Shown: in pieces, positions 21,789 through 31,929 of the stretch
Layout: the number at the start of each line of letters is the position of its first letter
Numbering within the stretch: the stretch's first letter is position 1
Assembly (NCBI GenBank): GCA_045126575.1
Contig: JBGVOQ010000023.1
Span: 17,382-81,381, forward strand
DNA from: Candidatus Onthoplasma sp.
GTDB taxonomy: Bacteria; Bacillota; Clostridia; Christensenellales; UBA1242
Reading direction: 5' to 3'
DNA length: 64,000 bases
Made by a program: the position numbers and the translations under genes
Notes under the pieces: generated by a model
The model's input: the letters and a program-made list of their open reading frames with translations, nothing else
Database searches by the model: none
Told to the model about the DNA's origin: nothing

Positions 21789-22391
21789 CTATTTACTTCT
21801 ATTCATTGTAATATTTATGCGGTAATATCCTTGAGGTTGGTGGCAAAGCGGGCACTCCACCGGCGCACATTTACCAGTTTGAACGGTGCCACATTCGTCA
21901 CACTTAAAGCAACCTTCACCCTCACAACATTTATACAATGTTTTACCTTTTAATTCTTCATGTAATTGTGTTAAAATCTTTTCATGCCCCTTTTCTACAT
22001 CAGCTACCATTGTAAACAATTTAGCCACATCTTTATATCCTTCCTCTTGCGCAATTTTAGCAAACTCAGGATAAATATTTTCACCAGACGAATGCTCGTT
22101 TTCACTTTCAAGTTTTAACAAGTCAACCAACTCTCCTGAGCGGAACGGATATCCTGCACATATATCAATATTTTGCACATTGTCGCCGCCATACTTTGTA
22201 ATCATTTGAAAAAATTGTTTGGCATGCGCCATTTCGTTATGAGCCAATGTTCTAATTAACGCACTCATATAGGTGTAGCCATCTTGCATTGCGGTTTGCG
22301 ACATAAATTGATATCTTGCACCTTCCTGACATTCAGCAGCAAATGAGCGCGCTAAGTTTTCTTTTGTTTTACTTTGTTGAAAATCTACCAT
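21789..22391 (-). CDS. rbr: Rubrerythrin
   Basis: Ferritin-like diiron domain (ENLARSFAAECQEGARY, E..H motifs) plus a C-terminal rubredoxin-like CDECG...CPLC. Confidence 0.9.
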   Translation of the reverse strand: MVDFQQSKTKENLARSFAAECQEGARYQFMSQTAMQDGYTYMSALIRTLAHNEMAHAKQFFQMITKYGGDNVQNIDICAGYPFRSGELVDLLKLESENEHSSGENIYPEFAKIAQEEGYKDVAKLFTMVADVEKGHEKILTQLHEELKGKTLYKCCEGEGCFKCDECGTVQTGKCAPVECPLCHQPQGYYRINITMNRSK

Positions 22392-22576
22392 AATTCCTCC
22401 TACGTATTATTATTTACAAATAAATCAAAATTAAACCTTTAAAATCATTTTATTTAATTTAAATAATTATTTAAAAATTAAATTACTACATTAAATTAAT
22501 TTAATAATATTTATTTATGTACTAATAAACATCTTATTTGTAGTATTTTATTACATTTTCACAAATTAATTATTTT

Positions 22577-25216
22577 TTAATTGTTTTTATTTATTTTTTT
22601 ATATCCAAATCTATAATTATTTATTTTTCTATAATTTAAAAACAATTTAACAATTTCGCATAATGGTATTATGGATATTGACGCAATAGCCACCATTATC
22701 CATTGATGAATATTTAAGAATTCTAATTCAAAAATAGTATAGAATACTGGACAAACAGCTATTAATAAACTAATGCCTAACGACACCAAAAAGCATATAT
22801 TAAAAGTTTTATTGTCTAGTAAGTTTTTGCCCAAAATGCTTTGATTGGTTTTACAATTAATACTGTGCAACAATTGCATAAATACTATTACAAAAAACAC
22901 CATTGTTGTAGCCACGTTAGGACTAAAGTTGGCGATGGCATATAAATACACACCCACCACTATAACCATCTGTATAATCGACTGGTAAATTATACTAATA
23001 CCTACATCTTGCCCAAACAAACCGCTATTGCTTTTGCGAGGCGGCTGACGCATAATTTCTGGCTCAACCAGTTCCTTACCTAGCGCAAATGCTGGCAAAC
23101 TGTCACTAACAAGGTTTATAAACAACATTTGTGACGGCAATAGGAAACTGTATTGCGGAAAGAATATTAATCCAAAAAACATTCCAAACACTTCTACCGA
23201 GTTGGTTGATATTAAATACTGCAGCGCCTTTTGAATGTTGTTGTATACCTTTCTGCCCTCCTCGACCGCCACAATGATGCTAGCAAAATTATCATCAGTA
23301 ATTAGCATATCGCTTACACTTTTAACAATATCTGTACCACTCATTCCCATTCCAACGCCAATGTCGGCAATCTTTAGGCTTGGAGCATCATTAACGCCAT
23401 CGCCTGTCATTGCAACAATCTTTTTTAGGCTCTTATACGCTTTTACAATCTTCACCTTATGCTCAGGGCTAACACGTGCAAATACTGTGTACCTTTGAAC
23501 ATTATCTGCAAATTCCTTATCTGTCATTTTTTCAATCTCGTCGCCGGTAAGCACCTGATTAATATTTGTTGCTATACCCAAATCTTTTGCAATTGCAAAA
23601 GCTGTACGTTTATGGTCGCCGGTTATCATAATAGGCTTTAAACCCGCCTTAAAGCATTTACTAATTGCGCCTTTTACTTCCTTTCGAGGAGTATCCATCA
23701 TTCCGCACAGTCCAACAAAAACTAAATCTTCCTCCAAATTGTGCGTTTGGTCAAGTGAATTGTGTTTTTTATAGCAAAAGGCCAAAACTCTCAAAGCCCT
23801 ATCGGCAAGCGTGTTGTTAATCTCATTTAATCTTATTTTCATATTGTCGGTTAGTGGTATAATTTCGCCGTTGATATCTATATATTTACATATTTTAATC
23901 ACCCTATCAAAAGCACCTTTGGTATAACTAAGTATTTGATTATCTACAATATTTAATGTTGTCATCATTTTGCGAGTGGAATCAAATGCGATTTCCTGAA
24001 CTCGCCTTACCTTGCTTACATTGGTATTTATAGCATATTCATATATTGCCTTTTCGGTAGGCTCGCCCACAACGTTGTTTTTTTCGTCAATATATGCATT
24101 ATTACAGCATATCATACAATTTAGCATTTGACGATTTATTTGAGATGCATTTTCGTAATATCTGTTGTTGCAAAACGCACTTACAACTGTCATTTTATTT
24201 TGCGTTAATGTTCCTGTTTTGTCTGTACATATAATCTCACAACTTCCCAAAGTTTCTACCGCGCTAAGTTGTTTGATTATTACTTTACGCTTTGAAAGCT
24301 GCTGCACACCCATAGCCATAATTAATGTAATTACAGCCGGCAAACTTTCTGGTATAGCTGCAACGGCTAGAGCAACCGAAATCATTAATGCGCTTACAAA
24401 CCCACCATCTTTGACAATAAACATTTGAATAAAAAAAACAATCACACAAACGCTTAGTACCGACCATGTTATAAATTTACCAATACGCTCAATGCTTTTT
24501 TGTAATGGTGTAATTTCTTTTTTTGTGTTAAATAATAGGTGTGCAATCTTCCCTATCTCGGTGCTAGCGCCCACAGCCGTTACCACACCGCAGCCCTTTC
24601 CCGCAGTTACCACACTTCCAGAGTATACCATATTACGCCTTTCGGCAAGGGCTATATTTGTTTTACATACAAATGAGTGGTCCTTATTGGCAGATACAGA
24701 CTCGCCTGTTAACTTACTTTCATCACACTTTAAATTGTTGCTATCAATTAATCTAATATCTGCAGGTATAATATCACCCGCTTCAATATATACAATATCG
24801 CCAACCACTATGTCCTGCGTTGGTATTAATTGGATTACTCCATAACGCCTAACTTTAGCCGAAGTTTTTTCACTTCTGCGTAATTCTGCGATACACGCTT
24901 CGGCCTTGTCCTCCTGCACCACTCCAACAATCGAGTTTACTATAACAATAAATAAAATTACCAAACCTTCAAAAAGTTCGCTAGTTTGCCTGTGCATAAT
25001 AGCAATGCTAATCGAAATAATGGCGGAAACAAGAAGTATTAGAACCATTATATTTTTAAATTGAGCCAAAAATCTAATCAATAGACTTTTGCGCTTTTTC
25101 TCTGCAATAGCGTTTATTCCATACCTATCTCTATTCCTCGAAACCTGTTCGATAGTCAATCCATTTTGTGATGTGTTAAATTTATCCAACAGTTCCTTAA
25201 TACCTAACTTGTACAT
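22577..25216 (-). CDS. Cation-transporting P-type ATPase (P2A, Ca2+-ATPase-like)
   Basis: Phosphorylation motif CTDKTGTLT, the TGES actuator motif, the hinge MTGDGVNDAPSL, and about 10 TM segments over 879 aa. Confidence 0.9.
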   Translation of the reverse strand: MYKLGIKELLDKFNTSQNGLTIEQVSRNRDRYGINAIAEKKRKSLLIRFLAQFKNIMVLILLVSAIISISIAIMHRQTSELFEGLVILFIVIVNSIVGVVQEDKAEACIAELRRSEKTSAKVRRYGVIQLIPTQDIVVGDIVYIEAGDIIPADIRLIDSNNLKCDESKLTGESVSANKDHSFVCKTNIALAERRNMVYSGSVVTAGKGCGVVTAVGASTEIGKIAHLLFNTKKEITPLQKSIERIGKFITWSVLSVCVIVFFIQMFIVKDGGFVSALMISVALAVAAIPESLPAVITLIMAMGVQQLSKRKVIIKQLSAVETLGSCEIICTDKTGTLTQNKMTVVSAFCNNRYYENASQINRQMLNCMICCNNAYIDEKNNVVGEPTEKAIYEYAINTNVSKVRRVQEIAFDSTRKMMTTLNIVDNQILSYTKGAFDRVIKICKYIDINGEIIPLTDNMKIRLNEINNTLADRALRVLAFCYKKHNSLDQTHNLEEDLVFVGLCGMMDTPRKEVKGAISKCFKAGLKPIMITGDHKRTAFAIAKDLGIATNINQVLTGDEIEKMTDKEFADNVQRYTVFARVSPEHKVKIVKAYKSLKKIVAMTGDGVNDAPSLKIADIGVGMGMSGTDIVKSVSDMLITDDNFASIIVAVEEGRKVYNNIQKALQYLISTNSVEVFGMFFGLIFFPQYSFLLPSQMLFINLVSDSLPAFALGKELVEPEIMRQPPRKSNSGLFGQDVGISIIYQSIIQMVIVVGVYLYAIANFSPNVATTMVFFVIVFMQLLHSINCKTNQSILGKNLLDNKTFNICFLVSLGISLLIAVCPVFYTIFELEFLNIHQWIMVAIASISIIPLCEIVKLFLNYRKINNYRFGYKKINKNN

Positions 25217-25372
25217 AATTACCCCTAATTAAATGTATAAATTTTGTATACACTTTAGAACCATTGATACACAACAAAATCAAAACCTTTAATTTAAAAT
25301 TACTATCAACAGCAAAATATTATAAACATTTTAAATAAAGCGATAATTTTTAAACAAAATTTAAAAAAAGGG

Positions 25373-25401
25373 TTGACAAAACCATCTATATGGCATATAA
25401 T
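25373..25401 (+). promoter_or_regulatory. Consensus sigma-A promoter for the tRNA gene
   Basis: TTGACA at 25373-25378, a 17-nt spacer and TATAAT at 25396-25401. Confidence 0.6.
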
Positions 25402-25437
25402 ATAAATGTATGCAGTTGCATATACATCGTATTATAT

Positions 25438-25514
25438 CGCGGGATAGAGCAGTTCGGCAGCTCGTCGGGCCCATAACCCGAAGGTCGCTGGTTCAAATCC
25501 GGCTCCCGCAACCA
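25438..25514 (+). tRNA. Initiator tRNA-fMet (anticodon CAT)
   Basis: CGCGGG...CTCGTCGGGCCCATAACCCGAAGG...GGTTCAAATCCGG...CCCGCAACCA. It has the C1-A72 mismatch, three G-C pairs in the anticodon stem and an encoded CCA. It is near-identical in layout to E. coli tRNA-fMet. Confidence 0.9.
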
Positions 25515-25576
25515 ATATTATTAATATATGAACCACAAGAAATCTTATTTAAAAAGAAAATAATTCTAGTGTTCGT

Positions 25577-25612
25577 AAAAATACCAGAGTATTAATCTCT
25601 GGTATTTTTATT
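25577..25612. terminator. Rho-independent terminator (bidirectional)
   Basis: 9-bp stem ATACCAGAG (25581-25589) pairs with CTCTGGTAT (25597-25605), with A-rich and T-rich flanks. Confidence 0.65.
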
Positions 25613-25627
25613 TCCAAACGTTATTAA

Positions 25628-26274
25628 TTAGTCTATTTCATAAAATCCATCATCACTTGCTATTCCAAAACAACTATGACAAACATATTTTTCTTCCGTT
25701 GTAACTTTTTGTCCATTATTTAAGGTTATCAACCTAGTAATACAAGGAAATATCATGCAATGCGTAACCATCAAAATGGCAGCATTCGGATTTTGTTTAT
25801 GTATCATAGTAATTAGATTGCTAATTTTACGTGCATTTTTAAAATCTAAATTATTTAAAGGTTCATCAATAATAAATAACTTTGCATCTTTACGTACTGC
25901 AACTGCGGAGATGATAGATAACATTCTTTGTTGTCCTCCACTTAATTTAGAAGGTATAGATTTTTCATAAAACAAAGGCTTACCGTTAGCGTCGTAAATT
26001 CTTAATTTATATTCATCAAATATATTTTTAATATCTTGTTTAGTAAGCTTAGTAGATGAATAAAACTCTGCACTATCCATCATAACATCAAAACCATTAA
26101 CTTTTTCCCAATATTTATATAGTCATCTGCTTGAGGCACATATGCCACTTGCGACCTAAACTGTTGAAGTTCGCTATTTGACATTTCGAGAATATTCTTT
26201 CCTCCGCAATATGATATGATTCCAATTACAGTCTTAATTGTATCATCTTTTTTGACTGCTACTACAACACTCAT
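25628..26274 (-). pseudogene. Degenerate, split ABC-type ATPase (no Walker A)
   Basis: Two ORFs overlap by 4 nt. The downstream part carries the signature LSGGQQRM, Walker B LFIIDEP and the H-loop VTHC. The upstream part carries the Q-loop region AYVPQ, but VKKDDTIKT sits where GxxGxGKS/T should be. A GGAGG RBS is retained. Confidence 0.5.
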
Positions 26275-26610
26275 ATTTATCCTCCATTTTTTTAATACGA
26301 CATTATTTTAGTAGCATTCGATACACTATTTATGTATCATTAAAATTTTTTGTATCTCAATTATAAAAATTTCATATTGATAAAATTGATGATAACTATA
26401 TGATTTATGTTGATTTTGGTGATAATTCAGATAAAAAAGTTGATTTTGATGACTATACTAAGGATATCGAAAACATACTAGAAAATAGGCATAAAGTCAA
26501 TTGTTATTATGTTGACAGGGATGAGCAACCCAATTGGTCTGAGTTGAACACATTATTCAATTCGGATTTTTATTTACTTTATTAATATTATTAAAAAAGC
26601 CATTATGATA

Positions 26611-27360
26611 TTAACAGCTTTTTTTTGTGCATAAAACGTAAATTCTACTCGCTTTTCGTATATTTATTTTTTTAAAATTCTCATCCAATAAGTATATCTG
26701 CTTAAATCCCACACTCTTTAATTCTTTATATATCTTTTTTGTAGAATATTCATATTGAGTCATTTCATATTCATTTTTTATAAATAATCCCTCATCATTT
26801 TTTGAATATGTTATTGTTTTAAATTGGATTTTACCATCTAATATTGGATTATTGATAGCCACTTCATCACATTCCTCCGTTTCGGTAAAAATCACTCTTC
26901 CGCCTTTTTTAAATTTGTTTATTGTATTAAAATCAAACAAAAACCATCCATTATTTTTAAGGTGATTATATACAGCATTAAACATATTTTTTAACTTTAA
27001 AAATGGGAATAACTCATTTATAGCATTATAATTACATGAAACAGCATTAAACTTTTTATTTAAGTTAAAATCTGTCATATCTCCATAAATAAATTTAATG
27101 TTAGGTTTATTTATATATGCTTGTGCATATTCTATCATATTTTTTGAACAATCTATTCCCACTGCCTCTTGTATATTTAAAGGCTCTACTATCTTATCCA
27201 AAAAAGAACCTGTCCCGCTAGCCAAATCTAGCCAACTATGAACTTTAATACCTTTACTATTAAAAAATGATATCACATGTTTTGCACGTTTTATTGCAAA
27301 TCTACCATTAAATAGGTGATAATATTTCACATAATCACCCTTATCATAAAAACCATGCAT
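26611..27360 (-). CDS. Class I SAM-dependent methyltransferase
   Basis: Motif I is LDLASGTGSF, with an acidic residue after strand 2 (GIDCS). Confidence 0.75.
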   Translation of the reverse strand: MHGFYDKGDYVKYYHLFNGRFAIKRAKHVISFFNSKGIKVHSWLDLASGTGSFLDKIVEPLNIQEAVGIDCSKNMIEYAQAYINKPNIKFIYGDMTDFNLNKKFNAVSCNYNAINELFPFLKLKNMFNAVYNHLKNNGWFLFDFNTINKFKKGGRVIFTETEECDEVAINNPILDGKIQFKTITYSKNDEGLFIKNEYEMTQYEYSTKKIYKELKSVGFKQIYLLDENFKKINIRKASRIYVLCTKKSC

Positions 27361-27376
27361 CTATTATCACTCCCTT

Positions 27377-27913
27377 TTATATTGTGTCGGGATAGCCTTT
27401 TTCCCATGGGAAATACACCCAATCATCTTTATGTACTTCATACACATACTTTACAGGTATATCATCATATTCAAATACTGTATCTTCAATATAATTTTCA
27501 TCAATAACTAATGAATAAATAGCAAGAACATTTTTATTTTTATGTTTTAATAATTGTACAGCTTGATTAATACTTTTACCCTTATAAATTATATCTTCAA
27601 ATATAATATAATTATCGTACGACATATCAAACTCTCCACTTAATAAAAATGCTTCCCCGTAATCCGCTCTTTCATCAGATTTATTCATTTGAACTTGCAA
27701 TGAAGATACATTTCTTAACCCTGAAAAATGAGAAACTCCTGTCATAAAAGGCAATCCACCTCTTGCAATCCCTAACAAACATAAATTTTTCATATCTTTA
27801 TATTGCTCCAAATCTTTTGAAGCGACCTTTAATGCTTTTCTATATTTATTTAAATCTATAACTGCCGTATTATCAATTGAAATTAGTTGTTCTTCTGTTA
27901 AATTTTTTATCAT
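27377..27913 (-). CDS. Phosphoribosyltransferase-domain protein
   Basis: PRPP-binding loop pattern IIFEDIIYKGKS preceded by GIARGGLPF. Size of 178 aa. Confidence 0.7.
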   Translation of the reverse strand: MIKNLTEEQLISIDNTAVIDLNKYRKALKVASKDLEQYKDMKNLCLLGIARGGLPFMTGVSHFSGLRNVSSLQVQMNKSDERADYGEAFLLSGEFDMSYDNYIIFEDIIYKGKSINQAVQLLKHKNKNVLAIYSLVIDENYIEDTVFEYDDIPVKYVYEVHKDDWVYFPWEKGYPDTI

Positions 27914-27917
27914 AACT

Positions 27918-28871
27918 CTACCTTTTAAAATTGTAAATTATATCACCAATATATGTTTTAATATTCCCACCACATAAACTTGATTTAAATTGATATACCC
28001 CATAATCCTTATTTGATATATCGTTTTTATCACAATATACTCCTCCACATAAAAAGTAATCAATATCTTTGCTATTTATACAATATAACATTCTTCCCCA
28101 GTGCAACATATTATTTACTTTTTTATCATTATACATACTATCGCTAACAGAGTATATACATTCCAAAACTCTATTATATGCATAATCTATACTCATAGCA
28201 ACAACCTCGTCTTCAATACTAGTTTTGTTAAATCTTAAACATTTGCTATCCATATTTGATAAAAAATCTTTAAAATATTGTTTATCGTGTATTGAAAGGT
28301 TTTTCCTTTGCATTGTTTTTACATATAGTTCATAAAATTTATCCAAATCAAAATTATTAACATCCTCTATTTCTACGCTTTTTAAACCATATATATTGGC
28401 CTTTTTTATATTCTTTCTACAACTCTTTGACATTTGCGCCAGCATTTGTTTTTCGTTGTCAGATTTTATAAATATTTCATTTGGTGGCAACATTGTTTTT
28501 GTTGGATTATTTATAATTTCACAGCCTAGAGTTTTCAAATATTCCTCACACTTATTTGAAATTAATGGATTACAAATAATCTTTGTGGCATTATATTGTT
28601 TAGCAATCTCTTCGGTTTTAATTAAAAAATCTTTAAAATATTGAATGTCTCCTTCATCAAAAATTGGACCTCTTGGACAATACAATTTACATTTGCCATT
28701 ATCGCTTTTACGCAAAAACACACTGGCGGAAAGTTTTGTATTGCCATCGCTATCATTGATTTGAATTAAAAATTTTTCATCTTTTTTATTATTAAAAAAA
28801 TGTATACTTTGCTGATATCTAGTATGCGATAAATTTAATATAAAATTTTCATGAATTACTTTATTACACAT
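27918..28871 (-). CDS. FemAB/FemX-like aminoacyl-tRNA-dependent peptidyltransferase (GNAT fold)
   Basis: The layout and motifs resemble FemX: LYCPRGPIFDE, CRKNIKKA, the YELYVKTMQRKNL...YFKDF block, and C-terminal YQFKSSLCGG. Confidence 0.6.
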   Translation of the reverse strand: MCNKVIHENFILNLSHTRYQQSIHFFNNKKDEKFLIQINDSDGNTKLSASVFLRKSDNGKCKLYCPRGPIFDEGDIQYFKDFLIKTEEIAKQYNATKIICNPLISNKCEEYLKTLGCEIINNPTKTMLPPNEIFIKSDNEKQMLAQMSKSCRKNIKKANIYGLKSVEIEDVNNFDLDKFYELYVKTMQRKNLSIHDKQYFKDFLSNMDSKCLRFNKTSIEDEVVAMSIDYAYNRVLECIYSVSDSMYNDKKVNNMLHWGRMLYCINSKDIDYFLCGGVYCDKNDISNKDYGVYQFKSSLCGGNIKTYIGDIIYNFKR

Positions 28872-29773
28872 TTTGTTTTTTCTAACCTATATATCAATTT
28901 TTTATATTTAATTTCTCTTTTTCTTACTTTGTTGATATAATATTTTAATACATTATCTTTAAAATACTTAGTATTATAAGTCAGCATTTCATTAAAAATT
29001 TCCATTCTTAATTTTAAAAACTCTAAATCTTTTTTTATATACTTAATCATTAATTTCGAAACATAATCATAATTTTTAATTATTGCTTTGGCTCTCAATT
29101 TTTCATTCAATAAATCCTTAGGTGCTGTCACTCCATTAACATTTTTAACATAATTATATCCAATAAAATTTATATTCGCTATTTTATTTGCTTTACAAAG
29201 TATATAATCATTTAATAAATCTTCATGTATATGGTAGTCTAAAAACTTAAATTTATTTTGTTTAATAAAATTTGTTTTATAGCAGTATAACCATAATGGA
29301 CCAAACTCACATTCGTTTTCATTAAAAATTTTCAATGCTTCCTTAGGTGTTAATGGAGGCATTTCTCCTAACATATATTTATTTAATTCTTTATCTGATG
29401 TTTTTAAGTATTCTATTCTATTGGCGTTAAATCTTATAACATCTACATCTTGTAAATCTGTTTGTATGCGACTTGTTAAACAATCGATTAATTTCTTATT
29501 AAAATAGTCATCACTATCTAAAAATAAAATATAATCACCTGTCACATTCTTTAATCCAATATTTCTTAACTTACCAATTCCACCAGTTTTGTTTATAAAA
29601 TATTTTATATCAAGATTTTTAAATTCTTTAATAATGTTTAATGAGTTGTCAGTAGATCCATTATCTATTAAAATCACTTCAATATTGTTATAATTTTGCT
29701 CTACAACACTTTGTAAGCACTTATGCAATGTTTTTTCAGAATTTAAAAATGGTATTATTATACTAAATTTCAT
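28856..29773 (-). CDS. Family 2 glycosyltransferase
   Basis: FSIIIPFLNSEKTL...VILIDNGSTDNS and LDSDD motifs. Confidence 0.8.
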   Translation of the reverse strand: MKFSIIIPFLNSEKTLHKCLQSVVEQNYNNIEVILIDNGSTDNSLNIIKEFKNLDIKYFINKTGGIGKLRNIGLKNVTGDYILFLDSDDYFNKKLIDCLTSRIQTDLQDVDVIRFNANRIEYLKTSDKELNKYMLGEMPPLTPKEALKIFNENECEFGPLWLYCYKTNFIKQNKFKFLDYHIHEDLLNDYILCKANKIANINFIGYNYVKNVNGVTAPKDLLNEKLRAKAIIKNYDYVSKLMIKYIKKDLEFLKLRMEIFNEMLTYNTKYFKDNVLKYYINKVRKREIKYKKLIYRLEKTKCVIK

Positions 29774-29784
29774 AAACCCTCTTT

Positions 29785-30348
29785 TTAATTTATATTTTGT
29801 AATAAATCCACAATTTCATTTAATGTTTTTTCACGATCAATTGCTGTATCATAATATAAAAACCCATATTTTTCACATTGTTGTTTTATATTTATACTTC
29901 TATCTATTAACTTTTGGCAAGTTTTTAACATTTGCTCATCTGTATATTTTAATGTCCAATCACCATATGACTGTGTTTCTTTTATATTCGCAAGCATTTC
30001 TTCCTTAGTTACATTAGACATACCCAAAAAGATAACTATCAAGTCATCTACTTTGGAAAATTTAGAAATTGTTTCAGGAGAAAGTTGAAATCCGTTAATA
30101 GCAACTTTAATGTTGCCATATTTTCTATCTTTATCACAACATTTTAACATCTCATAAGCAAATGGTGCAAAATTCTTATCTAAATCTTCCTTTTTCTTTT
30201 CACTAATTCCTAATTCTGGAAATATTTTAGTAAAACTATGTACTATTGTATCAAGTTCAAATACACTATAACCTAATTTATGATATAACATTTGAGCCAA
30301 TGTGGATTTCCCTGCTCGTGACACTCCGCCTATATATACATTTTTCAT
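29785..30348 (-). CDS. P-loop kinase/ATPase (paralog of the N-terminal half of the next gene)
   Basis: Walker A GGVSRAGKST. It aligns along its length with residues 1-185 of the 526-aa neighbour. Confidence 0.6.
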   Translation of the reverse strand: MKNVYIGGVSRAGKSTLAQMLYHKLGYSVFELDTIVHSFTKIFPELGISEKKKEDLDKNFAPFAYEMLKCCDKDRKYGNIKVAINGFQLSPETISKFSKVDDLIVIFLGMSNVTKEEMLANIKETQSYGDWTLKYTDEQMLKTCQKLIDRSINIKQQCEKYGFLYYDTAIDREKTLNEIVDLLQNIN

Positions 30349-31929
30349 TTATTCCTCCAATTGTTTGAGAATAAACTCTCCAACTTTTTCCATATTACTT
30401 TCATTTTGTTTTACTATATATGTCTGCTTATTAATTAGTTCATTAAATATATCGTTTTTAATATTTTTATTCCTAATAGAAACATTTATTTTGTAGAAAT
30501 CATTATCATAATTTTCCTGACTAGAATAATCTATAAAGTTATTAAATTTGTTACTGTCTAATATTTCCATCTTTTGATTGTTATTTGCAACAATGCAACA
30601 ATATTTGGAATTAGGAGTATATTGAGGAATTACAATTATTTTAAGTTCTGAACATATATTACCAATATTTACATTATTTAGACTTATTAAATCCTGTGGG
30701 CTCATATATATTCGGTCCTCTGCGACCCTTATATATCCCTCAGATTTTAATGAGTCGTATTTTTTATTCTTCTCTAATTCCAACCATTTTCTACTTCGCC
30801 TAATACCTATAAATTGAGGTGATGGCAAAAATTCAAGTCTATTATCGTTCTTGTCAACTATCAAAAAATCATTTGTAATAAAGTTAAATCCAAAATCTAA
30901 TAAATTTAACATTGTCACTGTTTTTCCACAATTAGCATTACCTACAATTATTACTGCATTGTTATCTTTTTCAACACATGAGCAATGCAATAATAAAGCT
31001 CCTTTTAATTGATACAATCTTATAAACAAATTAGTTATGAAATTTCTTGCTATTTTCTTCTTAGCTTCTTTATCATAACTATCTAAAAAAAATACTTTAC
31101 AAGAATTATTCTCGTTGTTCACACTAAATTGAGGATGATAATCCATATATGGTATATTTAAAGTAAATAATTGGTCAATATAATTTTCTGTTTGTTTGCA
31201 AAACTCTACCGAATAGTCATAATCCTCGCCGATAGGACTTATCGACACCATTCCCTTAAATCTCTTTTTAATTGTATCTATAAGATATGTTGGAGATTTT
31301 AGTCTTATTTTCAGTTCTCCATACTTTATTACAACTTGTTCGAAGTAATCATCTTCTGTTAAATTTATTTCATATTCTAAATCTTGTAATATTTGATTAA
31401 AAACATCTTCTCTATTTTTAGATGTATCATAATATTTCATATTGTTATTTTTACAAAATTGAATAATACGATTATTATCTTTATATAGATTATTAGCATA
31501 ATTCATTAAATCTTCATCGGACAATTTATATGTCCAGTCATATTCTTTATCGAATTTTCGCATTTTATCAAAATATTGTTTAGGAGAATCTAAATTTTCT
31601 GCCAAAATCACAATGATAAAATTGTCTTTATTAGAATATAAATCATTAATATCGTAATATGCACCCTCTACGCAATAAAAAATATCTCTTTTTTTGTTGT
31701 TAGATTTGTTTATTGTATTTATGTATTCCCATAAAAATGGTTTAAGGTTATTTACCACCACACCATCTGCTCGGTTATGATTAATGTCAAGTTGCGGTAT
31801 GGCCCTACTAAATGCCGATACAAAAGAGTCTAACGCTATAACATTATAATTAAACTTTTTATTTAATAATTTAGATAACGTCGTTTTTCCACTTCTACTA
31901 GAACCATATAATAATATATTCTTTTTCAT
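30349..31929 (-). CDS. Fusion protein: N-terminal P-loop kinase plus C-terminal HPr-kinase-like P-loop domain
   Basis: The first Walker A is GSSRSGKTT. The C-terminal LLLHCSCVEKDNNAVIIVGNANCGKTVTMLNLLDFGFNFITNDF matches the HprK C-terminal-domain pattern (H..v....g.a.li.G.sG.GKS...L...G..l..DD). Confidence 0.6.
   Translation of the reverse strand: MKKNILLYGSSRSGKTTLSKLLNKKFNYNVIALDSFVSAFSRAIPQLDINHNRADGVVVNNLKPFLWEYINTINKSNNKKRDIFYCVEGAYYDINDLYSNKDNFIIVILAENLDSPKQYFDKMRKFDKEYDWTYKLSDEDLMNYANNLYKDNNRIIQFCKNNNMKYYDTSKNREDVFNQILQDLEYEINLTEDDYFEQVVIKYGELKIRLKSPTYLIDTIKKRFKGMVSISPIGEDYDYSVEFCKQTENYIDQLFTLNIPYMDYHPQFSVNNENNSCKVFFLDSYDKEAKKKIARNFITNLFIRLYQLKGALLLHCSCVEKDNNAVIIVGNANCGKTVTMLNLLDFGFNFITNDFLIVDKNDNRLEFLPSPQFIGIRRSRKWLELEKNKKYDSLKSEGYIRVAEDRIYMSPQDLISLNNVNIGNICSELKIIVIPQYTPNSKYCCIVANNNQKMEILDSNKFNNFIDYSSQENYDNDFYKINVSIRNKNIKNDIFNELINKQTYIVKQNESNMEKVGEFILKQLEE

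Noticed and set aside
18510-25000. Numerous 60-117-aa ORFs antisense to or overlapping secA, the rubrerythrin gene and the P-type ATPase gene (e.g. 19193-19423, 20470-20733, 21690-21953, 24492-24845)
   Set aside because: They are embedded in, or overlap, well-supported long genes on the opposite strand and have no RBS.
25410-25595. 61-aa plus-strand ORF
   Set aside because: It is read straight through the tRNA-fMet gene and its terminator. It is not coding.
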